This document shows positions 25,345-38,640 of a stretch of 64,000 bases of DNA, in pieces. The stretch is from Cetorhinus maximus. Its lineage: Eukaryota. Made by a program: the position numbers and the translations under genes. The stretch covers positions 57,350,001 through 57,414,000 of the forward strand of contig NC_135896.1 in assembly GCF_964194155.1 (NCBI RefSeq), read 5' to 3'. A model generated the notes under the pieces. The model was not told the DNA's origin. It saw only the letters and a program-made list of their open reading frames with translations, and did no database searches. Position 1 is the stretch's first letter, and the number at the start of each line of letters is the position of its first letter.

Positions 25345-26056
25345 AGGTCAGAATTTTTACCTCATCGGGCAGACATGCGCCCGACCTGAATTGTGAATGT
25401 AAAATGACGCACAATAGTGTTGGGTGAGCGTCTCAATGTCATCTCACATCCACATGATATTTCGGTCTGCCGGAGCACACGGGAGTCAGCAGCTCGTCCA
25501 CCGGCAATTAGCAGGCCTATTAAGGCCATTAAAGTACCAATTAAATGTATTTTTTCGCTGCCTGTCCAACCTTATGGTTGGTAGGCAGATGAAAAGGCCA
25601 AGCGAAAGAGCGCAGAAATCTTCCTGAGGCAGATTAGTTTAAGTTTTAAAAAACTAAATAATGAAAAGAAAAATTTTAAGACATGTCCCTCATGTGACAG
25701 TGTCACATGAGCTGAGACATGTCAATGAATTTTTATTTAAAAATTTTATTCAATTTATAAACACTTCATGAAACCTCACCCCGCCCATGGATGAGGTTCC
25801 ATGAAAAATGCAAAGGCCACCTGGGCTCTTTGCCTGCTCATCAACTTTAAGGTTGGACGGGCAGCTCAGTTTATTGGTTTAATTAGTTTTCAAATGACCT
25901 TAATAGGCCTTTGACAGTTTGGCGGGCGTGCAGCCAAGTCGGCTGCATGCCCGCTGAACTGAAAACCCAAATGACGCGCAGTGTCCAGACGTCAACCCGT
26001 GACATTTTACACCTTGGCGGCCCCGCCCCCGCTTGCTGAGCCAAAAATTCTGGCCC
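25345..26056. mobile_element. Harbinger-type MITE, family A, rearranged (two left arms inverted)
   Basis: TIRs aggtcagaatttt / aaaattctggccc. The arm 25345-25604 is inversely repeated at ~25810-26056 (aggcctattaaggcc vs gaccttaataggcct). Confidence 0.75.
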
Positions 26057-26059
26057 TGA

Positions 26060-26190
26060 GGATAAAACGCTATCAGGGCTATGGGGAAAGGACCGGCACT
26101 GGGATCAGCTAAATTGCTCTTGTGGAGAGCTGGAAACTCAAAAGGCCAAATGGCCATTTTCTACACTGTAACCATTCTATGATTCTATGA
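26060..26190 (+). mobile_element. CR1/HER1 3' tail
   Basis: 'cagggctatggggaaagg...ggccaaatggccattttctacactgtaaccattctatgattctatga'. Confidence 0.8.
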
Positions 26191-26867
26191 GATGATTATT
26201 AGGAAGGTTTTTTCAATATCACTGCACAGCATCGTCATACATGTTATCACTGCAATCTGCCTGTAAGAAGGTGCAGCGTGTTTCGGGCTATTGCTCACCA
26301 TTACATTCTCTGCACACATGTAAGCTCAATTTCTACATGGTAACTAACTGCTGCTGTCCCTGGAGAAGATGGCAAAGTCAGGCATCTTCACTTCTATTGA
26401 TCCAGACCCTGAGAAGGCAGCTTACCGAAAAAGTTTCCAGGTTTGCAAAAGCCTGTAGAAATAATTGGGACATCTCAGTACATATAGCCAACTAGGCAAC
26501 ACTCACTCTAATCACCCTATTGTTAACTATTTGACAGAATCTATTAAGGTAAACCAGCAGAAATTCAGCAGGAGTAAATTCTCCTCATTTTCCAACATCT
26601 ATCATCCCACCAGCAACCCAAATTGTGTCTCTGTTTTGACTGTGAACTATAAGTATGTTTTCTCTGATCAACATGGATTCTGTACAAACCTGCAGCTCAG
26701 TACTCCACAATGTAGAGCTATTATAAGTAAATCAGAGGCTAGGAATATGAACTTTACCCTACCATGAATGTTTTTCAATCTTTTTGACACAGCTAGAGCA
26801 CCATTTACAACTGGAGGCTGAAATTAGTCTCTGCCAACAGATTGAAATGGGTTCATCAGCAGCCTAT

Positions 26868-27495
26868 GGGCTCAATTTTACGTCCGTCGGGTGTAAAACA
26901 GTGTGTAATATTTCGGTCGGCAAGTGCGCGCTAGAGTTGGCAATGCGCCCAATGACAATTAAGAGGAATATTAAGCCCTTGAATTAAATTATTCAGCATT
27001 TTTTGCTGCCTGTCCAACTTTACAGTCGGCGGGCAGGCGAATCCACCAAGTGGCCTTTGGATTTTTTCGGAAACCTCATCCACGGGCCAGATGAGGTTTC
27101 CAACAGTAATTTTTTTAGAAATTTGAACATCATGTTTAATATGTCCCTGTTCATGTGACTGAGTCACATGTGGGGACAAATTTCCCTCATTTCTAAAATC
27201 TTTATTTTGGATTTTTAAATTATTCAGCTCCCTGAGGTAGCTCTGTGTCTTCAGGGAGCTTTCAGTGCGCCCTCCCCCACACATGCACAGACTTTAGTGC
27301 TCACGCTGCTCCTTCCCCCACCCCAGCAGCGCTGAGCATTTCAGCGAGTTTTTCACGCTGGCTGGGCGTTAATTGGCCCAACCAGCATGAAATCGCGGGC
27401 GGGGCCCGATTGGGGGTGACGGACCATTTCCTGGCTGTCCGCCCGCCTGCCGCAACTGTCTGACCGCCGCTCCCAACAAACGGAAAACCCTGGCC
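26868..27495. mobile_element. Harbinger-type MITE, family A
   Basis: TIRs gggctcaatttt / aaaaccctggcc, TSD tat/tat, family hairpins present. Confidence 0.85.
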
Positions 27496-30400
27496 TATAA
27501 TTCACTGTGCCACTTCATATTTTCCACTGACTTGGCAAATATTGCCAAGGTTTTTAACTTCAAACCAAATAAAAGTGACTGTTGTGAGCCTCGTGAGTTT
27601 CCAAAAAGAGTTTGAATTATTGTTCTGTAAAATGGAGTTTGGGAGGTGAAGAAGCAGCTGTCAATGAGCTAAGAGCCCCTCTTGCTGAGCTGGCATAGAC
27701 CAGTTTATCCACTGGAGGTCAGGAAACAGATCTTCCTTGTGTATAAAATTAATTTTGACAGTTTATGCAAATATATTGTACTTTATTCTGTTCCAACTGG
27801 ATTTTAATATTAGTGTCAACTGGTTACCACCTGCATTTAAAAAAGCCATGTAAACTATTTGTGTAAAAATCGATAAGATATTTGGATCCTTAGGAAGGTA
27901 ATATCCTTCAACTGTTGGATGGCCTGAAATCCTAGTGCCATTGAAAATATCCTGTACATTTCCTTGATGATGTTCTATTTCAGGTGATGAGCACAGTACT
28001 GTGGCACTAAGTAAAAGTCTTCTTTTAAATCACTCGTAGCTAATTCTGGGATGGAACAGAGGAGGAAGTTGCCAGATTCAATCCCTAAAGTTTGAATCTG
28101 TAACTGAAAAAGTGTGTGGTGTAAAGGGGGTGCAAAATCAGTTTGGGATATTTATTCACGATGAATATCAAATCAACTTAGCTGCATGCAGATCAGGATT
28201 AGGTGAGGAGAGGATCAGATGATAGTTGTCATATGCTGCATGGCCAAACAACCTGTTGGCACAAATGCTTTAGATCTATACATGAAAAGTGACCCCTTGG
28301 GTGAGGTACTTGAAGGCTGCCGTTTGCTTGGAGAATACCCAAACATGAGTTCCCACCATCAAGTGAGGAAGAAAGAAACATGGGAACAAACAAAGCGAGT
28401 AAAAACAAGGCCATTCCCATTACAGCTGACCAAAAGTCCACTCTGCACATCTTTTAAAAAATGTGCATGTTGATAATGAAAGTTGCATATGGATATAGCT
28501 CCCAGAATTATGTGAACAGTGGATGGTCATATGTTATCTAAAGCTTCCAGAAACTTGTCAGCTTTAGTGCTCTGGTGGTCCTGTGATTGCATTATATATA
28601 AATCGTAATATTTGAAGTAATGGCATCTAATGATGTGGTGCTCAGGTTAAATTTTTGTATTTCAGCACAGTGAAGGACACCCAGCCAGAGCAAACTGAAA
28701 TCTCTGAGGGCTTTTGGGTGAAATCTGCAGCAATAATTAGTGAAATCATCTGTGGACAATCTTCCCATACTTTCTCAACAATAAACCTGGTATACCATAT
28801 GTTAAACAGAACATTGAAGCATCATGAATATATAATAAGCCCATTTATTAAGTGAGCACCTGTTTTACCCACCATCACATTTTTACACGTTCATGACTGC
28901 AGTGAATGTTTTCATTTGACATTACTAACTAGCTGTGAAGACTGTTGAATATCATATTATTCCAAAGTTTTCTTCAGCACAATTTATTCAATTACAGAGA
29001 CTGGACTCTGTTGTTTGGGGATCTGTCTCTGCCAATATAGATACCAATATATAAAATACATCAAAGTGAGAGGATTAGGCAGGAACAAAATTGAGACTAG
29101 CTTCCTGCTCAGCTGCTGGGCTGCAAGAAACACCATCAGAATTTCTTTATATTCTTGTGATGTTTAACATGCAAATGAGTCACTCAGCTAGAAACCTAAA
29201 TGTTCTAAGTGTCACATAACTTTTAAAAAATATTTAATTAAAACTCTATTTTGTCCATTTCATTTTTTTCCATTTTAACCCAATTTAATAGGATTTTTCA
29301 AGACTTTCACAGAGAAAGGATATGGGAACTATTATCTCAATCCTGTACTTTTAATAGTTTTGGCTTAAAAAAGTCTAATGATAAAATAGTTAAATATCCT
29401 ACTTTTACATGATGCTTGTGGGTGAAATAATATTTACAATTGCAAGCTATCAAATATGGAATTTATTCCATAGCCAAAGTGTTTGTCAGTTATTTGTGCT
29501 GTTTGGTGTGCAGGGATAAATTTGTTGTTGAATGACTGGCCATTGAGCATCTGCTATAAATGTCAACAGCAACAGCTTGCAGTATCTGCTGTCACGTTTT
29601 TGTAAAGTGTGGTTCAGTGTGTTGGTGTTCCAATAATTTTTGCACCACACATCTATGCCACAGAGTTGTACTTCCCAGGCACAGTGTATTCACAAGTTTA
29701 AACAAGCATGGAATGGGCAAGAGGGAGAAAGTCAGTGAGCAAAAGCTGATGGATCCAAGTTTTCTCTCTCCCTTAGCTCTGTGAATAAGTGAGTTATGAT
29801 TGGGGACAACTCAAAGTTCACTGGAATAAAAATGAAGATGAAGGTCACAAAAATAATGAATGTTCCAGCATGCTTCATATTGGAATAGGAGGCCTTGTGC
29901 TTGTTAAAATATTAAGCTACATCTCATAGTTAATCATCTGCCGATCCCCTATTCCAGCATGTAGAACACTGGAACATTCATTATAAGCCTGTTAAAGTGA
30001 TGTATGTTCCTAGTACCTGGTTCGTTGACATATACTAATTGGCATGATTTTGATCTAAATGGAAAAATTAAGAATTTAAGCAAAATAAATATAATTTTAC
30101 AAGGAGAATTGGATCATGATATATTTTGTTAGCAGCACACTTTTACATTTCACCTATCTCCACCTCTGTAAACGATATGGATGGGTTGGTATTTATCATG
30201 CTGAAAGCTTTCCATGTAGATTACTATGATTTTTCAAAGAACCCACTTTGTATGTTAATACAATGCATTCTTAATTCTTATTGAAAAATCACTGAATGTT
30301 TTCAATGTAAAGTATAAATTATGAAATTTCACTCATGATAAACCATGTCATTATTATTAATGCCTGAGCTTGTTTCTACTTGAACTGTAATGTTCACTGG

Positions 30401-30904
30401 GTATTAATAATATTACCTCCCATAAAACATGGGTACAATGACACCTCAACAGACTGAATGTGTAGAGGCATTGTCCCACAACAAGATTTCAGATAATACC
30501 ATGATGACCAGTAATCTATTCCTTCAACCAGAAATGCCATCATGAAAAATTAATAATGATGGATAATTTTACAACTTTATTTATTTCTTAAATGAATTGT
30601 AATAAATTATTACCAAGTAAAAGATAAGATTGCATTTTCCATGACAGATTTATTTTTATTTAGTGACCTTGAATGATTATTAGTCAGTTAATCAATACCA
30701 AAATTATGTTGCTTTAAAGATTATTATGCTGTGAAGTGAATCAATATTTGGATTATGCTATTTTGTGAGTCACTTTTTCTGGGTCTGTCATGCCCTGATA
30801 TATCCCTATCTGCACTATATTGTTCCTATTTTATGCAAAGACATCATTGAAGTTCATTTATTCCATTGTGCTTTGCCTAAAGGCAGTTCCTTGGCTCATT
30901 GTAT

Positions 30905-31092
30905 ACTGATGCTTCATCCTGAGCTGTTTTCTTGGCAAGTTTTGGCAGTGGTGGTTTGCCATTGGTTTCCACTCTCAGGAGCAGGACAAGAAGGCAGGAC
31001 CCAAGTCTACCTCAACTGGAATGGAAATCAAACCTATTCTGTTGGTGCCATTATGAATCACATGCTGGCCATCTATTCAACTGAGCTAACCA
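30905..31092 (-). mobile_element. tRNA-derived SINE with RTE-like body
   Basis: Minus strand reads ggttagctcagttg (A box)...ggtttgatttcc (degenerate B box)...aatggcaaaccaccactgccaaaacttgccaagaaaac, the last part resembling the RTE/BovB-derived segment of bipartite SINEs. Confidence 0.6.
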
Positions 31093-33439
31093 GCTCTATT
31101 ATCATTGAAGTAACCTTCCAAATTCCAGCAATGTGTCTTGCATAGCTGACTGATTTCAGCAGAAAAGTCAAATAGCATTAAACAGGCAAATGGACCAGTT
31201 TTCTCCACATAAGAATGCTAAATTTTGAATAAATGAAATTATATTTGTTTGAAGGATTCACTATTGTGAGTCTTTGCCTTCAACTACCCCACCCTGCCTA
31301 TCAAAAATACATGTATATCCTGTTCAATGCCAAGAGCACAGCGTATAAAGTAGCATTTACTCTATCACTATATTTTGTTTTATAATTATAATTCATCCTT
31401 ATTTGTGATTTGCTTTTCCTGCTCTACAATTCTTCTATAACATGTGCCATTCTTTGAATGTGAAGGTGATTGCATGATTTACTGCTTTGTCCCTTGTTTA
31501 ACCGGAGATGTACAATAGGGAGCCAATAATAAATCTTCAACTGTATGCTGGCATAGATGGACTATAGTCTTTCCGGTCGATCAGCCACAACTAATTCCCA
31601 AGAAAATACTGGACTGCCCATGTTCCTATTTCAACCAATCACTCTCAGAAATAGTGCATATCATTGCATAAAACTTTAATGCAGTAAATAATTTTAAAAC
31701 ATAGCCACCAGTGAAAAGGAACAACAATTTCAAATCCTACTGTTGGTTATTCAAAAAGCGTTTGATTGAATTGCTGTGTTCAGATTATAATAAATCCATA
31801 TTTCAATCTCCAATTGGATCATACAATGTATAAACTAAAATATGCATGTACGGTCATCATCATCTTCTCAGTTCTGTGATTCAGAAACTGGATGATATTA
31901 TTACGTGATCAGGTCCAGTTTGGTCAGTTAATGATCACCTTCTGAATTTCTCAGTTTGTTGTTTCATATTACGTTTTTTGGAACATTCCCTTAGAATGAA
32001 TGGAATTTTAAATTCTTGAAACTTCTCATCGCAAGACTGAGCTATCACTTGTTTACACTCGTTGAAGGCAGGAATGACAGCTGTTCAGTTCTCGTTTGTT
32101 GTCAGTCCTGCTATTCTGGGATTCAATTATACTGTTGCTTTAGCATGATGTGAAATAGTTTCAGGTGGGCATCAACACAAATGTAGCAGAGCAACCCTGG
32201 AGTCAGATTCCCATCTGGAACATGATAAAGTCAAATAGTGTGAGATCCGCTCCAGGAGACTGTATCATGGCACTTTTACTTGGTGTAAAGTGGTGTATGA
32301 CTAGAGTGCTATGTGAAGTTGGGTTTAAAAAGTACTTAGACAGTAGCAGTCATCTCCTGTGTATTTTAGGAACTTTACTTTGAGTTTGTTTAAAAGCAAG
32401 CAGACACATTCTCCAGACAAATTAGTGATCAAAATGCTAAAATCTATGCATGTGTGTAAGCATGCATGCCTTTCCTGATGCATGTATCCAGACTATCTCT
32501 AATCCATAGTTATCAGTCCCAGGCTGCAGACTGTGGTTCAAATGGTAACTAAGGCACTGGTAGTTGTTCTCAAACAATCAACATTTCTTTTAAGCATGAC
32601 GTTGGTGAGTGATCAACATTTAGAATCAAAAAGTAGTATTGGTACAATATTCTAAATGTATAAATCTTTTACCTTTATGGATATTTGTTTTAATCTTGAG
32701 CTCCAATGATCATATTAAATATACCTCAAGAGTGAGATATTGCTACATTATTTCTCTAAAATTCATTTTGGCTTTTGACCTATGTTAATACACATTTGTT
32801 ATTTTCCAGTAACACTCTTTCTTTTCCCCAAGGGCAACATATAAAGGGAACAGGAGGCAATTGACTTCGATAAAGAATGAAGACTGAGGTAACATCACTT
32901 CATCACATCATTATCAAGGACAAATGAAGTAAGGTTCCTTTGAAACATCACATGGGTTCTAGTCCCAAGACAATCAATAGCCATTTAAAAACAGGTTGGT
33001 TTGAGCTTTCAGATCATCACTGTAAATCGAGCAGTACTATTAAAATTCTTAACAATTGAAATTCCTTTTTCTGATTCATTTCAGAGTTGTCTGAATCACT
33101 TAACTTTTTCTTCTGTTGAAAGCAATGATGCACTATTCTGAATACAGGACAAACTTTGTTCTAGAGTTAAATGTTTTAGCTGTTTCATGTTTCTACTGTT
33201 ATTAATTGAAGATTGCGATTTGGATGCACAATAAAACCACATGTGAGTTATATGTAATGAGTATATACTATCCTTTCTTTTAAGCCATCATTTTGAAGCT
33301 TCTCAGCAGATCTCTGAAAGGTTGAATATAAACGTGCAAATACCTACAAAATGGGATGTAACCAGCTGATTGATAACACATGGGGGGGATCCTTGTTTTC
33401 CCTGTTTTTTTAAAGTTACATATCAATGGAATGTTGTAA

Positions 33440-33540
33440 ATCTGGAATACTGGAAATCAGAATAAAGACTGAAAATGTTTGTGATCCCTCTGAAAAAGCA
33501 AGTTAACATTTCAAGAAAGATATTTCATCAAAACTGTAAT
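33440..33540 (-). mobile_element. Degenerate copy of the Penelope-type short element
   Basis: 'ctggaaatcagaataaagactgaaaatg...gttaacatttca...tttcatcaaaact' resembles the copies at 12913 and 36058. Confidence 0.4.
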
Positions 33541-36057
33541 GTTACCAGCTGTACAGATTTAAATGTAAATAGTTGCCCATTATTAAAGGTTATTTCAGCC
33601 TCTTGGCCAAGGATAGTTCTGGAGTGACTCTTCTACCAACCATTAGGACCTTTGTTAGACCAAAGTAAATTTGAATCACTCTCTTCATTTCTTTGAAGTA
33701 TTTCAATGCTGATTGCCACCTGCTTCAGAAAGATATCATAATGCCACAAGATGGTAGTTTTATTGAAAGGTGGCAATTGTGGTAATGGGTATTTGGATTG
33801 CTCAAAGTGTGACAAATGGTGAGGCCAGAAGTAACATTATGGAAAGTCATTTTTCTCTCGAGACTGAACCCTCTCTCTCATACACTCTGAACAATGACCT
33901 GGTGTCCCATAGAGCAGCCATTCAATCTGCTGCTACTTTCCAATGCTTCAAAGTGTTAACTGTTGTCCATCTCCTGCTGATCTATCTGTTATATTCTATG
34001 TAACAGCAGTAGATGGAGAAGGAGGGCAATCGTCAAACAAGGCACCATCATTTACTCAGACCCTTTGCAGCCTTGGGTAATTCCTGGGGGGATGGGGAGA
34101 GTGGGTTATAGTGAGTAAGGGGTGTTTGTGAATGCCTGTGCAATCAGGAGAGCATTTCTCTTCCTCCTAGTTCCATGTCAGCAATGGCTTCAAAAAAATA
34201 ATTCAGAAACATACCTTTCATTGGTGATTGTCACCTGCCCCATTAATCACTGTTTAATTTCAACAAGGGTTTCTTATTAGCACATTAAATGGGTTCGTTT
34301 TAGGCATCTTGCTGAATTTAGCAGTATGGTAAATGCCTGCACAGATTAAGTTCAGGCTGCCACAGTCCTAAAGTGCTATGCTTTGCTTCTGTTTAGCCCT
34401 GGAAGCTGGTGTCACCCATACCAAATTCTGTTTCTAGTGGTTAAATGAGCAAAGTGGTGATTTTCCTGAGAACAACTGATAATCTCTTTAAATAACATTG
34501 GTAAAAGGATCCTTCCTGACTGTCCCTGCCCATGATTTATGTGCCTATTGCAGAACTGACAAATGGCACAGTGGAGCTGTTGAAAATGGCATTTGGGTCT
34601 TTAAACAAGCAGAGGATGTTTATTTCCATATATATTATAGGTGTCCACTGATTTTAAGCTGGCTCACAGGATGCCTTTCATGAGGCTTGACCCAAAACAG
34701 CATTGGGTGCACCTCCGTCCAGGACAAGCTGCTAGAGGTTGTTTAATAGATAGATATCCATTTACTGAAATAGGCAGCAGAAGACATTCTGTGAGTCACG
34801 ACTTCTTTATTGATGAATTATAATTCAGTGCAAATGCTAGTTTCCACTCTTCCCTTCTAGATCCTTTCCCTGTCCAGAAGCAAAAAAATAAACCATTACT
34901 AGGAAAAAACCCAGCTCTTAAGTACAGGCTTCAATGTGCATCATCTGCTCTCAATTCACTCTGAAGCTTGTCCTGGTTTACTCTTTAAAGGACCAGCATT
35001 TCTAACATTGTCAGAGGTGATGATCAGGTGGCCAAAGGATGCCTTCCAGTTTCCAGCAAAGTGGCAGGGGAAGAGTTTAGGAGGACCTCGTGGGATGAAA
35101 GTAGGGGAAGAGAGGCCATAAAATTCCTTGTGGATCCCAGAGAATCCCTCCTACTCCTCCTGGCTGCACATAGGAAAACATTGAGACTGAAGGGCATCTT
35201 CTGTCTTCAGATAAGTGCAGACCTGCTCCTGCCTGGCAGGAAAGCTGCAGTGGCTTCTCCTGCTCAAGACCCATTAAAACCTCATAGTTGTATTCACACA
35301 ATATCACTAGATTTGCATCAATTCTTAAGGCTCCTGCTTGCATTAATTGGATCCACCTCAAAAGCTCAAGCTGCAGGTTAATCTCACAAATGTCCAACAA
35401 TAATTGGGATTTGAGTGGGTATATAACTATCTACTCAATTTTCAGGAGATATATGTGATTGAAATTGATCCGCTTACTCTTTATGATGGTGCTTTGGGTT
35501 CTGCCATGATGCATAAACTTTCTCTGCCAATCAGATTCTTCACTTCTAAAGTCTTATTCTAATTGGCCATTAATGGAACAAGTCGAAAGACAAAAGGTAT
35601 TGGGTTAGTTTAACTTGCTGCACTGTACTCCATTGGGAAGAAAATGAATTGAGGCAGAAGAATCGATCTGATATTTGTTTCGAATGCATCTACGATGTCA
35701 CGACACATAGTGACCAGCGCAGCTCTTCACCTTGCTTAGACTTTGCACATCATTGATTATGTTGCTCCCAGTAAGACATGGAGAAAGGAATCTGTATACA
35801 GAGCAGATTTGCCTTTGAGCAGAATCCGGTGTTATTTGATTTGCCATTAGTGGAGAAGTCTGTGGGTAGTTAAAAATGGTTCGACACATACAAAATCCCA
35901 TCTGTCATGAAGTTTTTTTTATATGCTGGCTCCAGTGAAGATTGTAAGCGATTGTCTGGGAGTTAAGATCATGTTAGGCAGTTCACAAATCTCAATGTAG
36001 ATTTAACAATGTTCTAATTGGAAGAATGAAGCCGACCTCAAATGTGTCATGGCAAAA

Positions 36058-36870
36058 GACTGCAGATGCTGGAAATCTGAAATAAAAACAGAAAATGCCA
36101 GAAATACTCAGCAGTTCTGGAAGCATCTGTGGAGAGCGAAACAAGAATTAATGGGTAGAATTTATTATTGGTGACAGGGGGTGTGCCTGCTGGCTGGAGA
36201 ACTGGCAAGAGCCCACCTCACCTCTGTGAGTGAAGGAATAAAGTGCCCATGAGGTATTTAACTGGCCAGTGTCAGGTATTCCCTGGGGGTGGAAATCCTG
36301 CTCCCAAGAGCTGCTGGCTAATCAGGGACTGACAGCTCTCCACTGCCCACCAGTGCCACAAGGAGTGGTGGCTGCTGCCAATAATGCACCCACCAGAGGT
36401 AAACCAAGGGACCCAAGGCACTGATGAGGACAGGATGGGGGGTCTCGGGGAGAAGTTTGCTGGGAGGTTGGAGGCAAGGGCAGGGGGTTGGCTTTAAGTA
36501 GGTCCCCACCTTCCCAATATTAGATCCCTTGATCAGGCACTGAGTGCTATGAATGAAGGACCTCCCACTGCCTTCCCAGAAACCCGCAAGCAAACCCGAC
36601 AGGCTTTTGCCTTTTGGGCTCTCCGCAAGCCAACTCACCCACCCACTGCTGGTTGAATACCATACGAATTTATGGGCCTCAATTATCATTCAAGCAGGGA
36701 GGCTGTCCATGAGCCTTCCCAGCATGGACTTAATTGGGCAGAGGGGGGAAGGTGATGGGGATCCCACTCCTTACCTGAATAAATTCCCCCTCGCCTCCAG
36801 ATTCATAGCCAAGGGGGCAATAAATTCCACCTCATGTCTCAGGTCAATTACCTCCTATCAGTTCTGATGA
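36058..36870 (-). mobile_element. Penelope-type short element split by a MITE
   Basis: 'actgcagatgctggaaatctgaaataaaaacagaaaatg...cagcagttctggaagcatctgtggagagcgaaacaagaattaat' resumes after the MITE as 'atgtctcaggtcaattacctcctatcagttctgatga'. Confidence 0.65.
36153..36832. mobile_element. Harbinger-type MITE, family B
   Basis: TIRs gggtagaattta / taaattccacct, TSD aat/cat, homologous to 16354-17039. Confidence 0.75.
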
Positions 36871-36919
36871 AACAAAAGTAGTGGAATGTTGAGATAAAAG
36901 TTTGCCTCACTCACACCAC

Positions 36920-37460
36920 CAGCAGCACCCCCACTCCCCCAACCCTGCAGAGCCCCCAAGTCTCTCGCCTTCCTGGTCTCTCTCTCAAACCCCCAGTCCA
37001 CCCCCCAGCCTTTCCCCTCACCCTGGTTTCTCTTTCCCACCCAGTCTCCCTCTAACCCCCTCCAGCCTCTATATCCCCCACAGTCTCTCCCTCTCTCTAT
37101 CTCTCTCTCTAACCCCGTTAGTCTCTCTCTCTCTCTACCCCCAGCTCCTCTCTCCACCACAGCCTCTCTCCCTGCACCTCCCCAGTTTCTCCACCCCTCA
37201 GTCTCTCCTCACCTCACCCCAGTCTCCCTCACTCCTCCCAGTCTCTATCACTGCTCCCAGACTCCCTCAACCCTCCAATCTCCCTCAGTTCCTTTCTCCC
37301 CCAGTCTCCCTCACATACCGCCAGTCTTTCTCCTCTCCCCCAGTCTCTCTCCCTCTTCCCAGTCTTCCTCTTTCTCCCCCAGTCTCTCTCTTTCTCCCCC
37401 AGCGTCTCTCTCTTCCTTTCCCCCCCCCAGCCCCTCTCCCACCCCCAGTCTCTCACCCCA
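36920..37460 (+). repeat. Polypyrimidine minisatellite with degenerate CCCCAGTCTCT units
   Basis: Many recurrences of cagtctc/ccccagtctct. The Pro/Ser/Leu ORF 36902..37558 is a compositional artefact. Confidence 0.8.
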
Positions 37461-37470
37461 GACTGGGGGT

Positions 37471-38640
37471 GAACATACAAACAAGGAGCAGGAGTAGGTC
37501 ATTCAGCCCCTTGAACCTGCTCAACCATTTAATAAGATCGTTGCTGACCTGTTGGTAACTTCAAATCTGTATCCTGCCTACCCTTGATAACCTATCACCC
37601 CCTTGCTTACCAAGAATCTATCCACCTCTGCCTTAAAAATATTCAAAGACTCTGCTTCCACCGTCTTTTCAGGAAGAGAGTTCCAAAGATTGACGGCCCT
37701 CTGAGTGAAAGAAAGTTCACCTTATCTCTGTTTTAAATAGGCAATCCCTTATTTTTAAACAGTGACCCCCCAGTTCTGGATTCTTCCACAAGAGGAAACA
37801 TCCTCTCCCCACCCACTCTGTCAAGATACCTCAGGATCTTATAAGTTTCAATCAAGTAATCTCTTACCCTTCTAAACTCCAGTGGATACAAGCCTAGTCT
37901 GTCCAAACTTCCCTCAAAAGACAACCCACCCATTCCAAGTCAAGGTAAACCTTCTCTGAACTGCTTCCAACAAATTTGCATCCTTCCTTAAATAAGGTGA
38001 CCAATTCTGTACACAGTACTCTAAATGTGGTCTCCCTGTACAACTGAAGCATAACCTCCCTACTTTTGTATTCAATTCCCCTCGCAATAAATGATAACAT
38101 TCTATTAGCTTTCCTAATTACTTGCTTTACCTGCATATTAACCTTCTGAGATTCATGCACTAGGAAACCAAGATCCCTCTGCACCTCAGAGCTCTGCAAT
38201 CTCTCATCATTTAGATAATACCCTTCTGTTATTCTTCCTGCCAAAATGGACAATTTCACATTTTCCCACATTAAACTCCATCTGTCAGATCTTTGCCCAC
38301 TCATTTAACCTATCTATATTTGTTTGTAGCCTCCTTATGTCCTCTTTAAAACTCACTTTTCTACTTATCTTTGTGTCATCAGCAAATTTGGAAACCATCC
38401 CTTCAATCCAATCCCTTCATCCAGTAATTTATATAATTTGTAACTAGTTGAGGTCCCAGCACTGATCCTTGTGGTACACCAATCGTTCCATCTTGCCAAC
38501 CTGAAAATGACCCATTTATGCCTACTCTCTATTTCCTGTTAGCCAGCCAATCTTCTATCCATGCCAATATGTTTCCCTTTACCATGAGCTTTTATTTTCC
38601 ACAATAACATTTGATGTTGCACTTTATTAAATGTTTTCTG
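37471..38640 (-). mobile_element. CR1 RT C-terminus and 3' end (antisense)
   Basis: ORFs 37894..38304(-) 'QRDLGFLVHESQKVNMQVKQVIRKANRMLSFIARGIEYKSREVMLQLY' and 37733..37933(-). Confidence 0.9.

Noticed and set aside
32833-32888. Possible 56-nt exon (cttttccccaag ... gag|gtaaca); similar candidate at 43080-43155
   Set aside because: Splice-like signals alone are common; no consistent reading frame or recognisable product links them.
36902-37558. 218-aa Pro/Ser/Leu-rich ORF (also the ORFs at 48922-49792, 7028-7405 and 17436-17834)
   Set aside because: Open only because C-rich low-complexity DNA lacks stop codons; no domain signal.
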